64,000 nucleotides of DNA from Squalus acanthias. Lineage: Eukaryota. The first letter of the stretch is position 1. Each line of letters begins with the position of its first letter. Below are positions 52,436 to 64,000 of this stretch, in pieces. The stretch is from contig CM059437.1 of the NCBI GenBank assembly GCA_030390025.1, forward strand, positions 68,324,001 through 68,388,000, read 5' to 3'. The translations under genes were made by a program, and so were the position numbers. The notes beneath the pieces are model-generated. The model had not been told where the DNA came from. It did not search any database and saw only the letters and a program-made list of their open reading frames with translations.

Positions 52436-54562
52436 ACCGGCTTATTGGTTGCCTGATATAAGGCTTGACTGAAAAGATGACAGTAATTATTTTCCATGGT
52501 ACTGTAGTTATTAAGTTAAAGGGCAAAACAGTAACAGACTAGAGCTGGCTGTGATATTCCGGTTAAAATATCTGATTTGCCAATCATGACAGGAACAGAA
52601 GAGACAAAATTGAAAAGGCGTATTTTTCGGCATTTTCATGTATTGCTAATTAACATGACTTCAACTAATTTAAGAATATTGATTTATATTGCTACAGACC
52701 AGAACTCCTTGTTTTATGTGGAATATTTTAATGCTTCGGTGTTAGATAAACAAAACCCACGGAGTGCAAGTTTTATTTTAAAACTTAAGATTCAGGCGCA
52801 TTAAACCACCTCCGATATCTACTCTTTCCGTATCAGCACAGGGATCCAGTGCATGTATTAAGTACTCATGGATCCGCTGAAGAACTCTGATAAAATCCTT
52901 CCCCTCTTTGTAATTGATCTTTTGGCGGGAATTGACTGACTAGTCAATTTCACTTAAGACACTGAAATCCAAACCACTTTACATCCACCCGCGTTGAGTT
53001 ACTTGATGCCAACTCTTAAAGCGTTGATCATGCCTTGAAAAGCAGCGTCTTCCAGTCGTATAGCATCCGCACAGGTTACTTCCCGCAGAGTCCCAATTCC
53101 GAATATTAAAATAGATTTGGAGGATCCCGATCTTTTCCTAATCCCCTATATTCTTTGAATAAGCAAAACAAAAGCGCAGTTCTCGTTCTGTTTATGTCAT
53201 TGGGTGCTCAAACGTTTATCCGTTAATTCCAGTTTTGTGACTCCTTAGTTTCCCCCCCCCCCCATCTTTTTATGGCCATTTTTATGATTCAGGTTGTATG
53301 ACTGCTATTTACTTTTAATTATTCATTTAAATATAGGTCACGCGATTGACGTAGAACAAATAGAAGCACAAACCCGCTTATTTTGTAAAATGCTACATGA
53401 TGTTAATAGAAAGCTGTTAACTGGCGTTGCAGATTGCAAACGCGATTCCATTTGCCGTTCCTCAGATCTTTAAATCACTACATTTTTTAGGGAAACTGAG
53501 CTTTATTCAAATAACCCGATCAAGAAATATTTTATAATGGTAAACAATTGTTGTAAGATGTCCAGAGTTGAAATTAAACCTCTTTTACTTGTTTTTTTAA
53601 AAAAGAACGCCTCATTCTATCCATTTATATTGACCATTAAAATACCCCCAGGCGAGAGCTAATGATTAACACACATGCTCTTCGCATTCAGGGTAAATAT
53701 GCATCTTGTAAGTGGCAAGTACTTGCTTGCTTTGCGAGTATTGACAGGGTTCCTAATATACACATATGGGCGGATGCAGCCTCGAACCACCTGTAAAAGA
53801 GCTCGTTTTTCTCACAATGGACAATGAGTGAAAGTGACCTCTCCGCGCGGGCTGCTCCGGCAAACAGGGAAAGAAAAGCAAATGGATCTCTCCGGGAACC
53901 AGTATCACTAAGGAGAAATTGTAATGTAGGGAACCGCACAGCTGATGGACCTGTTTACAATTGTCTACTGTTAAGAGCAATCGAAACGCCGTATAAAAAG
54001 AGCTATTCAGCACCCTGATGCAACATGCACAAGACAACGATTGCAATAAGAATACAAGAAAGCGCAAATATAGGGATTTATGTGCGGATGACTGCTAATG
54101 AGAACCATATAGTTTAGGTAAACGAGTCAGCGCTGCGGTATCAGTATCAGCACTCCATTTAAAGGGCAGGTCCATTCTGTGCACTGTGTCAGAACGATGT
54201 CTGGTTGGGCACGGATTTAATATGAAAATCACTATTTTTCTGCTTCTAGGCTCTACCCATAGATCAACAAATCTGTCAAACCGTAACTTACTTTAATATA
54301 TGTTTCCCCAGACTCAAGATATAAAACCGGTAAGATTAGGTTGTAGCCATGTCTTACTCTGCCTGCATTGTACAGTTGACCAGGCCTGGGGAAGGTTTTA
54401 CGCCCAAGCAACAGCAGCAATGTTCATTTACAGTTGGGGGAATAATGCCAGGGTTCCGAATAAATGTGCAATAGTTATAGAGATTGGTAGGAGTTGGCAT
54501 ATAACTTAAAGATACAACATAGTGGGATGACATTCTGCAGCCATGGAGTCCCACCAGGTAAT

Positions 54563-55890
54563 TTACATAGGATTACATAGGATATATGGCACAGAAACAG
54601 GCCATTCAGCCCAACCAGTCCATGCCGGCGTTTATGCTCCACTTGAGCCTCCTCCTGTCTTTCCTCATCTAACTCTATTAGCATAACCCTCTATTCCCTT
54701 CTCCCTCATATGCTTATCTAACCGCCCCTTAACTGGGTCTATACTATTCGCTTCAACCACTCCCTGTGGTAGCGAGTTCTACATTCTCACCACTCTCTGA
54801 GTAAAGAAGTTCCTTCTGAATTCCCTATTTGATTTCTTGGTGACTATCTTATATTGATGGCCTCTAGTTTTGCTCTTCCCCACAAGTGGAAACACTCTCT
54901 CTGTATCTACTCTATCAAAACCTTTCATGATTTTAAAGACCTCTATTAGGTCACCTCTCAGCATTCTCTTTTCAGGAGAAAAGAGGCCCAGCCTGTTCAT
55001 CCTTTCCTGATAGGTATACCCTCGCATTTCTGGTATCATCCTTGTAAATCTTCTCTGCACCCTCTCCAGTGCCTCTATATCCTTTTTATAATATGGCTAC
55101 CAGAACTGTACGCAGTACTCCAAGTGTGGTCTAACCAAGGTTTGATACAAGTTTAGCATAACTTCCCTACTTTTCAATTCTATCCCTCTAGAAATAAACG
55201 CTAGTGCTTGGTTTGTTTTTTATGGCCTATGTCGATACTTTTAGTGATTTGTGTATTTGTACTCCGAAATTCCTTTGTTCCTCTACCCCATTTAGATTCT
55301 TATTTTCCAAGTAATATGCGACCTCCCGATTTTTCTTACCAGTGTTGAATTTCATTTGCCAATTAAATGCCCATTCTGCAAGTTTATTAACGTCTTCTTG
55401 TAATTTGTTGCAGTCCTCCTCAGTATTGACTATCCCTCCCAATTTGGTGTCGTCCGCAAATTTAGAAACTTTGTTTTTGATTCCAAAGTCTAAATCGTTA
55501 ATATAAATTGTGAACAACAGTGGTCCCAGCACTGATTTTTGTGGGATCCCCCCTTTTTACCTTCTGCCACTCTGAATAGCTACCCTTTACCCCTACTCTC
55601 TGCTTTCTGCCTTGAAGCCAGCCAGCTATCCATTCTGCTACTTGTCCCCTACTCCCCATTCCCTGACCTTATTCATTCGTCTATTATGTGGTACCTTATC
55701 AAAGGCCTTTTGAAAATCTAGATAAATTACATCTACTACATTACCCTTGTCTACTCTCTCTGTTATCTCTTCAAAAAATTCAATTAGGTTGGTTAAGCAA
55801 GACTTTCCCTTTTGAAATCCATGCTGACTATTTATTATTATTATATTTTTGGTTTCTACATGTTCTCCCATTTTCTCCTTTAGTAGGGAT
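54563..55890 (-). mobile_element. 5'-truncated CR1 LINE, same subfamily as the 1-4023 host
   Basis: RT fragments SQHGFQKGKSCLTNLIEFF, YLDFQKAFDKVPH, KFADDTK and QRRFTRMIPEM. The 3' UTR and tail match 3914-4023. Confidence 0.93.
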
Positions 55891-56510
55891 GTTCCATTTC
55901 CATCATTTAGAAATCAGGAATCGCCCAGCATTCAGAGAGCTTGGAATCTGGGCCTATCCACAAAAATGTGTTCCATTTCCATCAACTATCGACATTATTC
56001 TTTTGTGATTATTAGGGAAGTTAACATTTTGATTTCTTAACTCCATGCAATATTTGGATAAGGTTACTGACAGGCGAAGCAACAAACATCAGGTTCCAAT
56101 AAGGTGTTACACCACGCTTCAGAATCCGCTTCCAGTCCATGTGTTATAACAGCTGCCTGGTTGAAGTAGTTATCCTTGCCTTGTCCTATTCTGGGACAAT
56201 AGGTGTTAGTGCAAAACACAAAGGGGGTGAAATTGAATTAAGGTCAAAAATGGGCGCAGGGAGCGCAAAGCGCGATCTGCCCGCACCCGTTCAAAGTTGG
56301 GCAGGCAGCACGCAAAATTCGTGCTGCTGCTCATTATAATGATTGGAGCGCTTATCTCAGCGCTAAATGTGCTGCTATTTTGCTTAGTGCTCAACAGGGG
56401 AGCCAATATCAAGTGCAGTCTACTGACCAATAAAATTTTGCCTAGGCTCTCTGCACTACTTAAAGCGGAGGTGCTTTGTTGTAGAAGTACCTCATTGTCA
56501 CTCTGAAGCC

Positions 56511-58470
56511 ATGGCTCAACAGGGAAGAGAGAGGGCATGGAGGTTCTCAGATGCGGCACTGGTGGCCTTGGTCCTGGGGTGTACAGAAGACATCAGGTCC
56601 TCTACCCACAAGTGTGTGGGGGCGGGGGGCAGGAGGCCTTACAGGCAGCACGCCAGAAGGAAATAGCACAAGCCGTCACTGCCACGTGTGTTGCCCCCAG
56701 AACCTGGATCCAGTGCCGCAAGAAGTTTAATGACCTCACATGAGAGTTCGAGGTATATCCCATATCCCACCAACTGCACCACAAGCCTCACACACTGCTC
56801 AATGTACCACACCCCCATCACTCACCTACCAAAAATCTCTAGCAATCACCACTCATACCTCACAATCATAGCGTCACCTCACACTCACACACTTACCACT
56901 GCTGTAAGACTCGCACCCACATTTCACACCTTGCACACACTGCCAGCTATTCAACCATGCCAGGCACATCACCCAATCACATTGCACCACCACTCACTGA
57001 CACACTTCCCTTTCTCTTGTAGGCAAAGGTGGTGCACAAATGCCGTGAGCAGCAGCAGACGGGCGGAGGGGAAGCCCGACTTCAGAACCTCACTGAGCTG
57101 GAGGAGACATGCTGGAGATTATTGGAGGGGCCGTCACTGAGGCCATGGAGAGCAGCGAGGTTGAAAGCATTGCTGATGACGGTATGCTCATACCTAATCC
57201 TTCTTCTCACATCCCACTTCCCCCTCATCCCACAATCTCTTCTCACTTACAAGCTGCTAATGGTGTAAGCATGCACATCTTGCTTTCCCGCTGCCCCCCC
57301 CCCCCCCCCACCCACCATAACCCGACCCTTGTGCATTTCTCCTTTCAGATACCCAAGAACTGCCACCAGCACAGCCTGTCCCTGGCATAATGGAGGAGGT
57401 GAGTGAAGAAGAAGAGGCACCATCACACGATCTGACACTCCCAGGCAGCAACTCAGAAAATGGCACTGCGCGAGCTTTAAAGGGCAGTATAGAGGCGGGA
57501 TCTGCACATGGTGAGTCACCGGGCATGAGTGGGCTGCAGCCAGGCCAGAGGGAAAGGGTAGCTCGGGTGCCAGCTTCCCGGAGGGCGTGTTTGCACTCGA
57601 GTTCTGTTGCACAGGACTTAGATGATGACTTCGATGGGGCGGTCTTCAGAAGAAGGGTGATGGGCATGCACACAGAAATGCTTGGTGCAATGGCAAGCCT
57701 GCCAAAGAGCCTCTTCTCATTGTCTTGGAGCATGGAGGAGTCCAGCTCCAACATTGCACGGGGCTTTGCATTGAGCTTGGAGCCCATGATTTCCAGGATG
57801 GAAATGATGGGCGACTCCATTAGGACATTTGTGGACCTAACCATCATGCTGGGTGTGATGGACAAAGTCACAGCTTTCATTGCAACACAAACGGAAGCGA
57901 CCCAATGTCTGAGTGCTGCAGAGGAAGCTCAGACTGCTCTCATGCAATCTCAGCTTGCTGCCACGCAAGCTCAGACTGCTCTCATGCAGGCTCAGGTTGC
58001 TGCCAGGCAAGCTCAGACTGCTGCCACCGTGGCTGGGTTTACGAGTGTGGAAAGGGGCTTGCAGGGTCTCACAGCAGTCCAGCAATCTGTGCTCCAACAG
58101 GCTAGGAATGCTGAGGCACCGCCCTGGAGGAGTGGCAGTGGCTCCGTGGAGCAAGAACCTGCTGTCCTCTCTCAGGATGACAGCATTCGTACTCCCACCC
58201 CTACCACTCCGCCAGTGCCCTTGCTGCTGCCTGTCAGCCAGCCTGCCCAGACTGCTGACGCCTATGCCGAGATGGTGCAGGCTATAGCCGGGCCTTCTAG
58301 GCCCAGAGCTGCTTGAGGTCATCCTGCAAGGCCATCTGCAGTCTCGCCCACTGAATGCCAGCAGCCTTCCACCAGCCATGCTGCAGCCACTGGGGGAGCA
58401 CTTCCTAGGAATCACCAGAGTAGGAAAATGTACATGAAAGACAGACACTAAGGGAATGCACAAGGGTGAT
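56511..58470 (+). pseudogene. Harbinger Myb/SANT-like gene, full extent but frameshifted
   Basis: MAQQGRERAWRFSDAALVALV..RTWIQCRKKFNDLT; exon 2 AKVVHKCREQQQTGGGEARLQNLTELEE; long exon 3 ORF 57390-58316. Confidence 0.82.
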
Positions 58471-58734
58471 TACTTGACTTTGTTCTTTTGACTTGCATTT
58501 GATAAATTTATAAATTATGTTTGGAATGTGTGTTTTGTGGTGGTTCTCATTTCAGCTTTGTGCCCAGGAGGATGCTGTGATGTTCCATGACAGAGGAATG
58601 GTAAGGTGGGGAAGTGGTGAGCAACGGGGATCTGGGGTTTCATTCACTGGAACCGAAGTCTGATGAGACACTCATGGACAGCCCGTCCAGAACGGGGATC
58701 TGCTGACTACCTCCTCCCTTCCTCCTCCTCCTCC

Positions 58735-59695
58735 TGGTGTCTGTGAGTGTCAGAGGCTGTGCCGGTGTGTCTTCTTCTTTTCCTCTATCACTCTCCTCCT
58801 CTATCACTTCAGGGACAGGCTGGGCTGCTGACAGTTCTTGGGTATCTGAAAGGAGAAATGCACAAGGGTCGGGTTGTGGTGAGGAGAGAGTGGGGGGGGG
58901 AAGCAGGATATCGATGCATACACCATCAGCAGCTTGTAAGTGAGAAGAGATTGTGGGATGAGGGGGAAGTGGGATGTGAGACGAAGGATTAGGTATGAGC
59001 ATACCATCATCATCAGCAATGCTTTCCACACCCTGCTCGCCACGGACTCTGAGACTGCCCCTCCAAATTATTTCGAGAACTGCTTCCTCCAGCTGCGTGA
59101 GGTTCTGAATTCTGGCTTGCCCTCCACCCATCTGCTGGTGCTCCCGGCGGTTGTGCACCACTTTTGCCTGCAAGAGAAAGGGAAGTGTGTCAGTGAGTGT
59201 GGTGCAATGTGTTTAGGTGATGTGCCTGGCATGGTTGAATAGCTGGCAGTGGTGCAAGGTATGAGATGTGGGTGTGAGTCTTGCAGCAGGGATAAATGTG
59301 CATGGGTGAAGCAAAGCTATGATTGTGAGGTATGAGTGGTGATTGCTAGAGATTTTTGGTAGGTGAGTGATGGGAGTGTGGTGCATTGAGCAGTGTGTGA
59401 GGCTTGTGGTGCAGATAGTGGGATATGGCATTTGACATTCACTGACCTTGACCACTCGTGTGAGGTCATTGAACTTTTTGCGGCACTGGATCCAAGTCCT
59501 GGGGAAAACACATATCACAGTGATGGCTTGAGCAATCTCCTCTCACTGCCTTCTTGTGTACAGCCTTGAAGGCCTCCTGCCCGCCGCCCCCCCCCCCCCC
59601 ATCCCTTGCGGGTAGAGGACCTCACGGCGTCTTTGTACCCCCAGGAACAAGGCCTCGGAAAATCTTCTTGCCCTTTCCCTTGGCTGTTGGGCCAT
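58735..59695 (-). pseudogene. Second, 3'-truncated Myb/SANT gene copy in the inverted arm
   Basis: MAQQPRERARRFSEAL..RTWIQCRKKFNDLTRVVK|gtcagt; exon 2 AKVVHNRREHQQMGGGQARIQNLTQLEE; exon 3 starts DTQELSAAQPVPEV. Confidence 0.82.
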
Positions 59696-60820
59696 GGCTC
59701 TGTTCAGAATGACAATGAGGTGATTCTGCAACAAACCACCTCCCCTTTGAGTAGTGCAGAGAGCCTAGGCCAAGCTTTATTGGCCAGTAGACTGCACCCG
59801 ATATTGGTCCCCCCTGTTGAGCGCTAAGCCAAACAGCAGCGCGTTGAGCGCTGAGATCAGCGTTGTAATCATTATAATGAACAAGCAGCACGAATTTTGC
59901 ACTACTTTGAACAGGCGTAGGCACATAGTGCTGCGCGATGCCCCCGCCCATTTTTGGGCCATATCCAATTTCTAGGCCAATGTTCCTTATCGCAGTACAC
60001 ATTCTATGTTGTAATTTTTTATGGTTATATTTTCCTTTAACTTAGCATAAATCAGATGTATGGTATTTGTTTGTTTTAATTTTTGTTAATACCCTTTTAT
60101 TAATATAGGGCTATAATTCTTCCATCAATTTTTGAAAAGCAAAACGGTTGAATTTTTTTCTATCAATTTGAGAAATGTGTTCAATACTTTTTAATAATAT
60201 TATTCTACCTATTAGACAACATGTACAGTCTACCCTACCTATATCACTTTGCTTTAATTAGTAGTACCTTATTTGTTGCACATCACTTTGAGAGTGGCAT
60301 TTCAATCTGTTTATTTATCTCTAACTCATTGCAATTCATACTGGATGCAGTTTATCAGAGGTGTTTGACCATTGGTCCTCTGGAACTTTAGACCAAGGAA
60401 CCTGTATACCAGTTTAGACTTCTAAACTAGTTATTTATGCATGAGGTAGTTAGTTCCTCTGATCCTACTTGTTCCAAGTGATATTTCCCATGAACATAAC
60501 AAAGGTTACCTCTACATATGTCCGATTAAGGTTCAGGAGTTGATTTGTCATTCACTGACTAGCGTTTGATAGGTTCTTCATTTACTATATATAAATTACA
60601 AATGATAAATTGTGGTCCTGAGTTTGTTAAAAGCTAACACCTTCAAGAGCAACTGTTGACTGCCCTTTGTTTTATATAGGTTTTGCTATAATTGAATATA
60701 TCAGTGGATTATCACAATAAACAAAATACATAGGTGAGTAGACTATACAGTTGTTCAGTGCTGGTATTTGATATTAAAGCAGTGGGTGATTATCACCAGA
60801 TTATGAAAACATAATTTTAT

Positions 60821-61270
60821 AGGGTACAGTGGTGTAGTGGTTATGTTACTGGACTAGTAATCTAGAGATCTGGACTAATAATCTAATGAACATGAGGTCA
60901 AATCCCATCATGGCAGTTTGTGAATTTGAATTCAGTTTAAGAAAAATCTAGAAATAAAAAGTTGATATCTGTAAAAGTGACCATGAAGCTGTCAGATTGT
61001 CATCAAAACCCAACTGGTTCACTAATGTCTGTTAAAGGAAGGAAACCTTCTATCTTTACTTGATCTGGCCTATATGTGACTCCAATCCCACACAAACATG
61101 ATTGGCTCTTAACTGCCCTCTAAAGTGACCTAGCCAGCCACTCAGCCACTCAGCTGTGTCAAACCAGTCGTGGTTCAAGAAGAAGGTCCACCTTTCCAGG
61201 GAAGCTAGGGTTGGGCAATGAATGGCAACCTTGCCAGCGATGCCCACACCCTGAGAATGAATAATAAAAA
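60821..61270 (+). mobile_element. tRNA-derived SINE of an elasmobranch-type family, with LINE-derived 3' tail
   Basis: A-box-like GTGGTGTAGTGG, B-box-like GGTCAAATCCC, and a 3' end CCTTGCCAGCGATGCCCACACCCTGAGAATGAAT followed by an A-rich tail. Confidence 0.75.
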
Positions 61271-64000
61271 ATGTCTCATATTCTGACATCAAGACCTGCA
61301 AATTAAAAGACTATTTGATTATTAAAATGCAAGAATATTCAACATGTTGGATTTATTACACATATCATTTATTTTGGCTGGTGGAATGCTATATAATTTC
61401 ACCTATACTGAGCTGATTATAATGAAGTGATACTTCTTCATGGTAATTCATTATAATGAAAGCTCAAAAGGGTTAGTTAGTTCACCTTTCTAGCTCCCAC
61501 CCATTACAGATCATCATTACTCTAGATTATGAAACAGCATCCGATCTCTCTGTCATCTCCTGCTAGCCAAAGCCTTTGATTTCTAAAATTGTGGAGGGTC
61601 TGTTGGTACATTGTTCTCTTGTGCAATTAGTTGAATGGCCAAGTTCACTCTGCAGATTCACCCGCATGTGAGTTTTTTCGCAGAAAATTATGAGCAGCTA
61701 TTGGAATGAAATGTCACGTTGAAGGTTTACTTTGCCAAGAAATAGGTGTGGGAAATGCGGGGTGGGGGCTTGAGGAACCATCAGACTAGTTCCCCCAGCC
61801 TCCCCTCCACTTCCAGGATTTCCCAATAGAAGTGGCACTGAATACTGAATGTGCCCACCTATATTTGGACAGGCGCATTCAAATTAAATGTTAATGACGT
61901 CACTCAACTTATTTTCTATCAGTACACCTTGGCAATACCAAGTTTCAGGAGTGGGAAGAGGGTGTTACATCTTAACCGGCCCACAAGCCAAGTCCAATCG
62001 TTCATAGAGCGATCAATTACACGTAGCACAAGTGCCAAATTCAAACTTCACAAAATTTTAAAGGGTTTCTTCCGCTCCTCCCAGAGCTGCAGAAGCAGGC
62101 GTCCATGGTCCGCTGCTGCAGCGGGCTAAGGACTGCAGCAGCGATATTCCTTACCTCCCTCCTCTTTGGCCACCAGAGGCAGGCTCCCTGGCCCAATGCA
62201 AACACTGCTGGGAGCTTTCCAAATCTGATAATGAGCCTGATCCTAGAAGATTGCCAGGGCCAGGGCAGACTGACGTGGGCGCAAAGTTTTCTGCAACACT
62301 GATCCAGTAGGATTCCCATTGGTTTAGAATCTAGGTATATAGGTGGCCGTGAGATCAGTTACATTCAAAAGAGGGAACCATTCAGGGGGATAGGGGCAAA
62401 TAAACCTGACTGGCAAATAAAATGTTAGTAAAATAAGAGTTGAGAAGACAATTGGTATTGAATAGGATTCATGTCTTTTGGATGTCACATCAGAAAAGTA
62501 AATTCCACAATATTAATTCAGCTGGAAGGCGCTCAGAATAAAGTCAGAAACTTGCTTCTTGTTGAACATGTGTAGAGTTCTAGAGGTAAACAGAGGCGTT
62601 ACAAATTCAGGTCTGCTGTAAATGCCTTCTTAGGTTCAGTGGCATAGTTGCTGTCAGAGGATCTTGCTATAATGAACATTGACTCACACTGCCTTATATC
62701 TAGTTGCACAATAGCATAACCCAGGGATGTAACAATAGCACCCCCTTGTGATCTGGACTGAATATTTGTGCTTTTTTGCATGAATACTTCTTCGAGTCCA
62801 AGGCTTGACATAAATCATTAAGCTACTTTATTTCATAGCAAGTGAACATACAGAGCAACAATTATGATCAAATTCACTTAGTTTCATCAGTACAACTTAT
62901 CTTCATGTAATGATCCAAAATAAAGAACCCTTCCCCACATCAGTGGGTTGCCTTATTTGACTTTACCAAAATGTCTTCTAACTGTCACTCCAGAAATTAT
63001 GACTTCCCGAGCCTGCCTACAGCTTTCACAGCTCTATGTTTAAAAGGCTGACTGCACCCAAAGCCTTTCTGTTTCGGAAAGCTTGTCTGCCCGTGCCCCC
63101 ATGTCTTTTTATATCCCCCTCACAGACAGACTGAGATCAAAGGACTTTCCAACGCAGTTAACCACCTTTAGTTTAGATGTCTTTTTTTTAAACGTGGGAG
63201 TACCCTTTGCTTAAAAAATCATTAAAAGGAACTCAATTGTTCAAATCCTTTCTGTGTGAAAGTGGTCAAAAAATCCTAAAATGTGACAAGTGGGAAGAGG
63301 AGAAGCCATTGAAGTAAAGGTTTAGCGGTAAAATGCAAGAAAATAAAATTAAGTTATTTATTTAAGATACCAATTAAATTGTGATAAAACAGTTAATTAT
63401 TGGAATATGTTAGGATATTTTGGGCAGCAATTCAGAAACTGGCTGCTATACAAAAAATAAAGAGTTGAATGGACTGACTGGTAGTGAAAGGAACAGACAA
63501 AACCTCCATCGGAAAGAGGAGAAATCTTTATTAGAAAAAGATGTATGAGATAAATAATGTTATATAATACGTAGGAGTTGCAGTTAAGGAAAGGGTTGGA
63601 GTGCAGTGAAAAGTCAGAACAGGAATAATATGAGGATAACAGCTGCAAGGAGAGTACGTTCAGTTTCAGAGAAGCTCATTGGAAATGAATGACAAGATAA
63701 AGGAGCAACATAAAAGAGCGGAATTTGCAGCACTGAGCTAGAAATTAAAAACAATCATTCATTGTATGCTGCTCTGTTCTATGTACAGCAGTGTATGTCT
63801 GGAACAAAATCTAATATAGAATGGGAGATGAAAGGGCAGTAAGGTGGGAGGACAATGAGTGTTATGAGAAGATAATCATGCTATGCAAGAAAAGTAGAGA
63901 GGACAAGGATGTACTGTGCTATTTTAAAAATGCTGGGGAGCTGGGTGTAGCCAATACCAAGAACCTATCTTGAAAGATAGCCCAATGTGACTAGCTGGTA

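Larger units (their letters stand above)
56223..59978. mobile_element. Foldback-like Harbinger derivative with ~1.2 kb inverted arms, each containing the 5' part of the Myb/SANT gene
   Basis: 56223-~57450 aligns with the reverse complement of ~58735-59978 across terminus, promoter, exons 1-2 and introns. Termini are GGGGGTGAAATTG and GGCCTAGAAATTG. Flanks AAA/AAT are at best an imperfect TSD. Confidence 0.85.

Noticed and set aside
60821-60910. tRNA gene
   Set aside because: Only degenerate A/B boxes continuing into a SINE body; no cloverleaf.
62599-62811. 70-aa minus-strand ORF as an exon of a neighbouring gene
   Set aside because: No recognisable similarity to expected neighbours or any family, and no convincing splice pattern.

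Overview
Vertebrate genomic DNA, most likely from a shark or other elasmobranch judging by its repeat families. The only host protein-coding gene is a complete five-exon LIM-homeobox gene, Lhx5 (+ strand, CDS 23834-31150, 407 aa, all introns GT-AG and in phase). It sits in a roughly 34 kb domain (about 5.1-39.2 kb) that is almost transposon-free, retains CpGs and contains candidate enhancers and a CpG island. The flanks are dense in mobile elements. On the left is a decayed CR1 LINE carrying two nested insertions, one with a hammerhead-ribozyme-like core. On the right are L2 and CR1 fragments, tRNA-derived SINEs, a MITE and three PIF/Harbinger elements. One Harbinger has a decayed DDE transposase plus a Myb/SANT gene. 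The second has TIRs and a 3-bp TSD, keeps the Myb/SANT gene, and has lost nearly all of the transposase. The third is a foldback-like element whose transposase half is replaced by a ~1.2 kb inverted copy of the Myb/SANT side. All calls come from reading the sequence by eye; no searches were run.
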